A stretch of DNA of 64,000 nucleotides, from assembly GCA_021414115.1 (NCBI GenBank), contig JAIOPD010000015.1, positions 5,424 to 69,423 on the forward strand. The letters run 5' to 3'. Shown here piece by piece: positions 60,899 through 64,000 of the stretch (position 1 is its first letter; each line of letters begins with the position of its first letter). The notes beneath the pieces are model-generated. The model saw only the letters and a program-made list of their open reading frames with translations, was not told the origin of the DNA and did not search any database. A program made the position numbers and the translations under genes. The DNA is from Planctomycetia bacterium (lineage in GTDB: Bacteria > Planctomycetota > Planctomycetia > Pirellulales > UBA1268).

Positions 60899-61350
60899 CA
60901 GAGCAGTTCCTTGGAAAGGCGCCGGATATCGATCACGCGGGCAGGCAAGCGGACGGCAGGGGCAGCCTCCCGACGAGGCAAGATCGATCGGGAGTCGCTG
61001 CTCGGCGGGCTGACGAGCGAGGCCAGCAACGAATCGTCGGCAGCGCTGACGGCTCGCAGCCGTTGGGCGAGCGTGAGCGGCTCGGCGTGGAGAATCGGCA
61101 GGGCAGCCGCGACGCAGTTCGTCACGAGGGCGCAGCCAAGCAGTGCCGCCGCCGCCCAGGTCCAGCCCGGAATCCGGCGGTCTTGGGCGTCGCGAACCGA
61201 CGGCGCCTTCTCCGCGAGCACGTCGTCGATCGACGCGAGCACGCGGCGACGCAGTTTCGGCGACGGCGCTTCTCGGGGGAGGCGTTCCAGTCGCTGCGCG
61301 AGCAAAGCGAGCTGGTGTCCCAGGGGCTTCGGTTCATGCTGATCGCTCAT
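60898..61350 (-). CDS. putative anti-sigma factor (single-pass membrane protein)
   Basis: The ATG at 61350 overlaps the sigma gene stop (ATGA). There is one central TM segment (WTWAAAALLGCALVTNCVAAALPIL). The call rests on position and topology only. Confidence 0.6.
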   Translation of the reverse strand: MSDQHEPKPLGHQLALLAQRLERLPREAPSPKLRRRVLASIDDVLAEKAPSVRDAQDRRIPGWTWAAAALLGCALVTNCVAAALPILHAEPLTLAQRLRAVSAADDSLLASLVSPPSSDSRSILPRREAAPAVRLPARVIDIRRLSKELL

Positions 61351-61916
61351 CGGCGGACCTCCACGGTCGCGAGCGTGGCTCGGAGTTTTTCCAGGGCATA
61401 ACGATAGCGACTTGCCGCCGTGTTGAGACTCGTGTTCGTCACGGTCGCGATTGCCGCGAAGGTGAGCCCGCCGGTGATCTTCAGGGCGATCACCTCGCGC
61501 TGCTCGGCGGGCAGTGCCGCCACAGCCGCCGCCAGTTCGTCGTCTGGCAGCTGCGGTGGCGATTCGCTCCCGCTTCCATTCCGGGCCCGCTCCGCGGCGA
61601 TCCGGTCCATGGCCTTACGGTCGATCGCAACCCGGCGCCGGCGGCGGCTGACGGCATGCCTGAGCATCGTGAACACATAGGCCTCCAGGTCGACGACCTG
61701 GTTGAGCCGCTCCCGCGATCTCGCCAGGTCCACGAAAACGTCATGCACGATGTCCTCCGCGTCAGCTGTCGACGTAAGGGTACGAGCCGTGTTGAACAGG
61801 CGGATCGCCAGGCGGTCGTAGAGCGCGGCGAACGCCGCGGGATCACCTACGGCGAGCGAGTCAGCAAGCGTCGGTGCCACCGGTGAGCCTCCGCCGAGCC
61901 GCCCGAAGCGGCTCAC
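61347..61916 (-). CDS. ECF-type RNA polymerase sigma-70 family factor
   Basis: Region 2 (AFAALYDRLAIRLFNTARTLT...AEDIVHDVFVDL) and region 4 (LPAEQREVIALKITGGLTFAAIATVTNTSLNTAASRYRYALEKLR). The start is GTG at 61916 or GTG at 61880. Confidence 0.85.
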   Translation of the reverse strand: MSRFGRLGGGSPVAPTLADSLAVGDPAAFAALYDRLAIRLFNTARTLTSTADAEDIVHDVFVDLARSRERLNQVVDLEAYVFTMLRHAVSRRRRRVAIDRKAMDRIAAERARNGSGSESPPQLPDDELAAAVAALPAEQREVIALKITGGLTFAAIATVTNTSLNTAASRYRYALEKLRATLATVEVRR

Positions 61917-62031
61917 GTAGCAAGGGGCCCTGACGCCCCCGATTTTGTCTGGCCGGATTCACGGCCGCAGTCCGTGTCGTCCGCCGCGGCGTCGACCGTC
62001 TGCAGTATAAAAGCCCACCGAACCGCTTTCC

Positions 62032-62045
62032 CGGGGCATGCCCCG
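62032..62045. promoter_or_regulatory. 14-bp perfect palindrome in the divergent ECF-sigma / SGNH-hydrolase intergenic region
   Basis: cggggcatgccccg is its own reverse complement. An AT-rich gtataaaa lies at about 62005..62012. No function is assigned. Confidence 0.3.
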
Positions 62046-62135
62046 CGGGCCCGGGGCGCTCGCCTTCCCTGCGGATACGATGGATGAAACGATGGTGCGG
62101 ACACAAGCCCGCGCAACGAGTGGCCCAGTGGAGAA

Positions 62136-63026
62136 ATGGTTGCCATGTGGATGCAATCGAGGGCGGAGGCTTCGATGCTGGATGTCTTGTTCGGTGTCGC
62201 GATGTGCGTGGTGATCACCGCGGCTTCGAGCGGGTCTGCGGCGCCGCCTGCCGCAGCGGAGGCCGAGCCGACCACGGCCGACGAGGCGGCAGCCAAGAAG
62301 CAGGCCGAGGAAGCGGCGATCAACGAGGAGTATGCGGCCCTGGTGGTCACGCTCTCACCCGAGCAGCAGGCTTGGGAGAAGGCCCTGCAGGAAAATCTCG
62401 GCAGTTTTTACCTACCGATTCACAAACGCGAAAGGGTGGCGGGCCGCAGCTCCGCCTGGGACTTCGTCAAGGACGATCCGGCGCTGCCGCGCGTGCTCCT
62501 GATCGGCGATTCCGTGTCGCGAGCCTACACGCAGCCCGTTCGCATGGCCCTCGCCGGGAAGGCCAACGTGCATCGTGCACCGGCCAACTGTGGGCCGTCG
62601 GCCAGCGGCGTCAAGAACCTCGATGCCTGGTTGGTAAGCGCACCGGGCGGTGACCGCTGGGACGTGATTCATTTCAACTTCGGTATCCACGATCGCAACA
62701 CGCCGGTGGCCGACTACGCCGTACGGCTGGAGAAGATCGTCGAGCGGCTGAAGAAGACCGGCGCAAATCTCGTGTGGGCGTCCACGACGCCGATCCCGGA
62801 CGTGCCGGCCCAGAAGCAGACGGCCGCGTCGATCATGGAGCGCAACGCTGCCGCGGCCGCGGTGATGGATAAGCACGACGTGGCAATCGACGACCTGTTC
62901 GCGTTCATCACGCCGCATCTTGCCGAGGCCCAGTTGCCGAACGACGTACACTTCAAGCCGGAGGGCTACGATCTGCTGGGCCATCAGGTGGCCGAATCGA
63001 TCCTGGCCGTGATCAAGCGACCGTAA
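62136..63026 (+). CDS. secreted SGNH/GDSL family hydrolase
   Basis: Blocks VLLIGDSVS, IHFNFGIHD and NDVHF. Several candidate ATGs (62136, 62145, 62151, 62175). Signal-like MLDVLFGVAMCVVITAASSGSAA. Confidence 0.8.
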   Translation: MVAMWMQSRAEASMLDVLFGVAMCVVITAASSGSAAPPAAAEAEPTTADEAAAKKQAEEAAINEEYAALVVTLSPEQQAWEKALQENLGSFYLPIHKRERVAGRSSAWDFVKDDPALPRVLLIGDSVSRAYTQPVRMALAGKANVHRAPANCGPSASGVKNLDAWLVSAPGGDRWDVIHFNFGIHDRNTPVADYAVRLEKIVERLKKTGANLVWASTTPIPDVPAQKQTAASIMERNAAAAAVMDKHDVAIDDLFAFITPHLAEAQLPNDVHFKPEGYDLLGHQVAESILAVIKRP

Positions 63027-63030
63027 TCCC

Positions 63031-63049
63031 CGCGTCCTCGCGGCACGCG
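63031..63049 (+). repeat. 19-nt direct repeat, left copy (flanks B3)
   Basis: cgcgtcctcgcggcacgcg is identical to 63221..63239. Confidence 0.8.
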
Positions 63050-63076
63050 TCCGACGCCAGCCGCGGCCTTGGGTGC

Positions 63077-63189
63077 TCGGGAAGCCCGAAGCGTGAGCGA
63101 TGGGGAGACGGGCGGCGCTGCGTGCGGGTGGCGCGGAGCGGGTTGGGGTGGAGGGCGTATTCCCCGCGCTTGCGCTTGGGGCTTCCCGA
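63077..63189 (+). repeat. family B palindromic repeat (B3)
   Basis: tcgggaagccc at the left end and gggcttcccga at the right end. Inner arms are aagcgtgagcgatgggga and tccccgcgcttgcgctt. It shares long blocks with B1, B2 and B4. Confidence 0.65.
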
Positions 63190-63220
63190 CGAAGAGGCGG
63201 CACGTGTGGAACGCCCCCGC

Positions 63221-63239
63221 CGCGTCCTCGCGGCACGCG
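63221..63239 (+). repeat. 19-nt direct repeat, right copy
   Basis: cgcgtcctcgcggcacgcg is identical to 63031..63049. Confidence 0.8.
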
Positions 63240-63240
63240 C

Positions 63241-63328
63241 TTTCGACGGCCGCCGGGATGGCGGCCGGTCGGGCGCGGCGAACCTCGGCTTCGCCCCGCC
63301 CGACGCAAGCCCGCCGGGGCCATGGATG
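63241..63328 (+). repeat. 88-bp direct repeat, copy 1
   Basis: tttcgacggccgccgggatggcggccggtcgggcgcggcgaacctcggcttcgccccgcccgacgcaagcccgccggggccatggatg. It is repeated at 63371 with one extra c. It contains the internal hairpin cggccgcc-gggat-ggcggccg. Confidence 0.85.
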
Positions 63329-63370
63329 AGCCGTTGTCGCGCCGGCGAATCCCTTCGGGCCTTCGGCGGC

Positions 63371-63459
63371 TTTCGACGGCCGCCGGGATGGCGGCCGGTC
63401 GGGCGCGGCGAACCTCGGCTTCGCCCCCGCCCGACGCAAGCCCGCCGGGGCCATGGATG
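63371..63459 (+). repeat. 89-bp direct repeat, copy 2
   Basis: Identical to 63241..63328 apart from a single-c insertion. The two copies are separated by 42 bp. Confidence 0.85.
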
Positions 63460-63470
63460 GCCCGGCGGGC
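63440..63470 (-). terminator. GC-rich hairpin just after the stop of the 63478..63822 gene
   Basis: gcccgccggggcc / atggat / ggcccggcgggc has near-perfect 12-13 bp arms and begins 8 nt after the stop. There is no clear U-tract. Confidence 0.4.
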
Positions 63471-63477
63471 GCTCAAT

Positions 63478-63822
63478 TCAGAAAACGTCGAGATTGAAGT
63501 GGTGGCCGTGGTGATAACGCCGCGACTTCGGATATTCGTTATGCCACTGGCGGTTGTAGACCGGCGTCCGCATTTCCTGCGGATAGCGGTGATAGAGGTC
63601 GTTGGCTGATTGCATGTAACCGTCTTGGTAGAAGTTTTGCGGATACCACACGTAGGGATAGTGGTAGAGCCGGTTCCAGTCTTGGGCGTTGTACGAGTTG
63701 CCCCACTGGTAGCCGTAGGCCTGCGTGCCTGCCCCAGCCGGCGGTTGGGCGACCGCGTTGGTGGCGGTGAAGCAGAGCAGCGCCAGGGCCGTGAGCCCCC
63801 CGGCGGCAAGGTGCCGTGTCAT
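63478..63822 (-). CDS. small secreted Tyr/Trp/His-rich protein (hypothetical)
   Basis: ATG at 63822 and signal peptide MTRHLAAGGLTALALLCFTATNAVA. The mature part is extremely rich in Y, W, H, Q and N (..YGYQWGNSYNAQDWNRLYHYPYVWYPQNFYQDGY..RRYHHGHHFNLDVF). Confidence 0.7.
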   Translation of the reverse strand: MTRHLAAGGLTALALLCFTATNAVAQPPAGAGTQAYGYQWGNSYNAQDWNRLYHYPYVWYPQNFYQDGYMQSANDLYHRYPQEMRTPVYNRQWHNEYPKSRRYHHGHHFNLDVF

Positions 63823-63935
63823 CGGATTGTCCCCCTGAGAATCCAGCGTCAGGAGGAATATCGGCCGGCCCTACGACCGTTCTTCACGGAAAATCCCGCA
63901 GAGTCGGGCGGGCCGCCCCGGCGGCGATGCCCGCG

Positions 63936-64000
63936 TCACGCCCGCTGGGGTTTCACGTCGGGAAACGTGCCTTCGGCGAGTTCGCGGTCCCACGCGTCCA
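63936..64000 (-). CDS. possible 3' end of a CDS that continues beyond the window
   Basis: The frame is open from the window edge to the TGA at 63936..63938 (..DAWDRELAEGTFPDVKPQRA*), with mostly G/C at third positions. It is too short to classify. Confidence 0.3.
   Translation of the reverse strand, partial: DAWDRELAEGTFPDVKPQRA

Noticed and set aside
61917-62000. Autoregulated ECF promoter (GAATC ... CGTC) upstream of the sigma gene
   Set aside because: The best candidate, TGAATCC-N-CGTC on the minus strand, has a spacer of about 20-21 nt by my count. That is longer than the 16-17 nt typical of ECF promoters, so it is not convincing without a genome-wide motif.
63241-63459. Possible CRISPR array
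   Set aside because: There are only two copies. The repeat unit is 88 bp, longer than the 42-bp spacer. No cas genes are in the window. It is a simple duplication.

Overview
This is a 64-kb window of a visibly high-G+C chromosome. It looks planctomycetal: it has a DUF1559-type protein with a prepilin-like N-terminus and an H-X9-DG tail, a YTV-repeat secreted protein, a secreted sulfatase and many weak or absent SD sequences. I call about 57 CDS. I found no rRNA, tRNA, CRISPR array, transposase or integrase. Most of the window is housekeeping:
- a complete 14-gene complex I operon, nuoA to nuoN, on the minus strand (48763 down to 33477), followed by a translationally coupled Mrp/NBP35 gene
- clpC, an MlaE/F/D lipid-transport operon, icd, lpxB and thiE
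- a small mmsA, dihydropyrimidinase and NCS1-permease cluster
- glycosyltransferases and an ECF sigma / anti-sigma module

The most unusual locus is 10373..17370. A full-length cyanophycin synthetase is fused in frame to a C-terminal SET-domain methyltransferase carrying all the SET hallmark motifs. It is transcribed divergently, across about 1 kb of apparently non-coding DNA, from an ABC exporter with an extra N-terminal domain plus a DUF1854 gene. I do not know of a described CphA-SET architecture.

The second notable layer is in the intergenic DNA. At least three families of dispersed palindromic repeats occur in several copies. Within family A each copy keeps its own self-complementary ends (compensatory changes), and one copy sits inside the nuo operon between nuoD and nuoE.

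Many long ORFs in the supplied track are antisense or out-of-frame artefacts of high G+C, and I rejected them. All family assignments come from motif recognition by eye. No searches were run.
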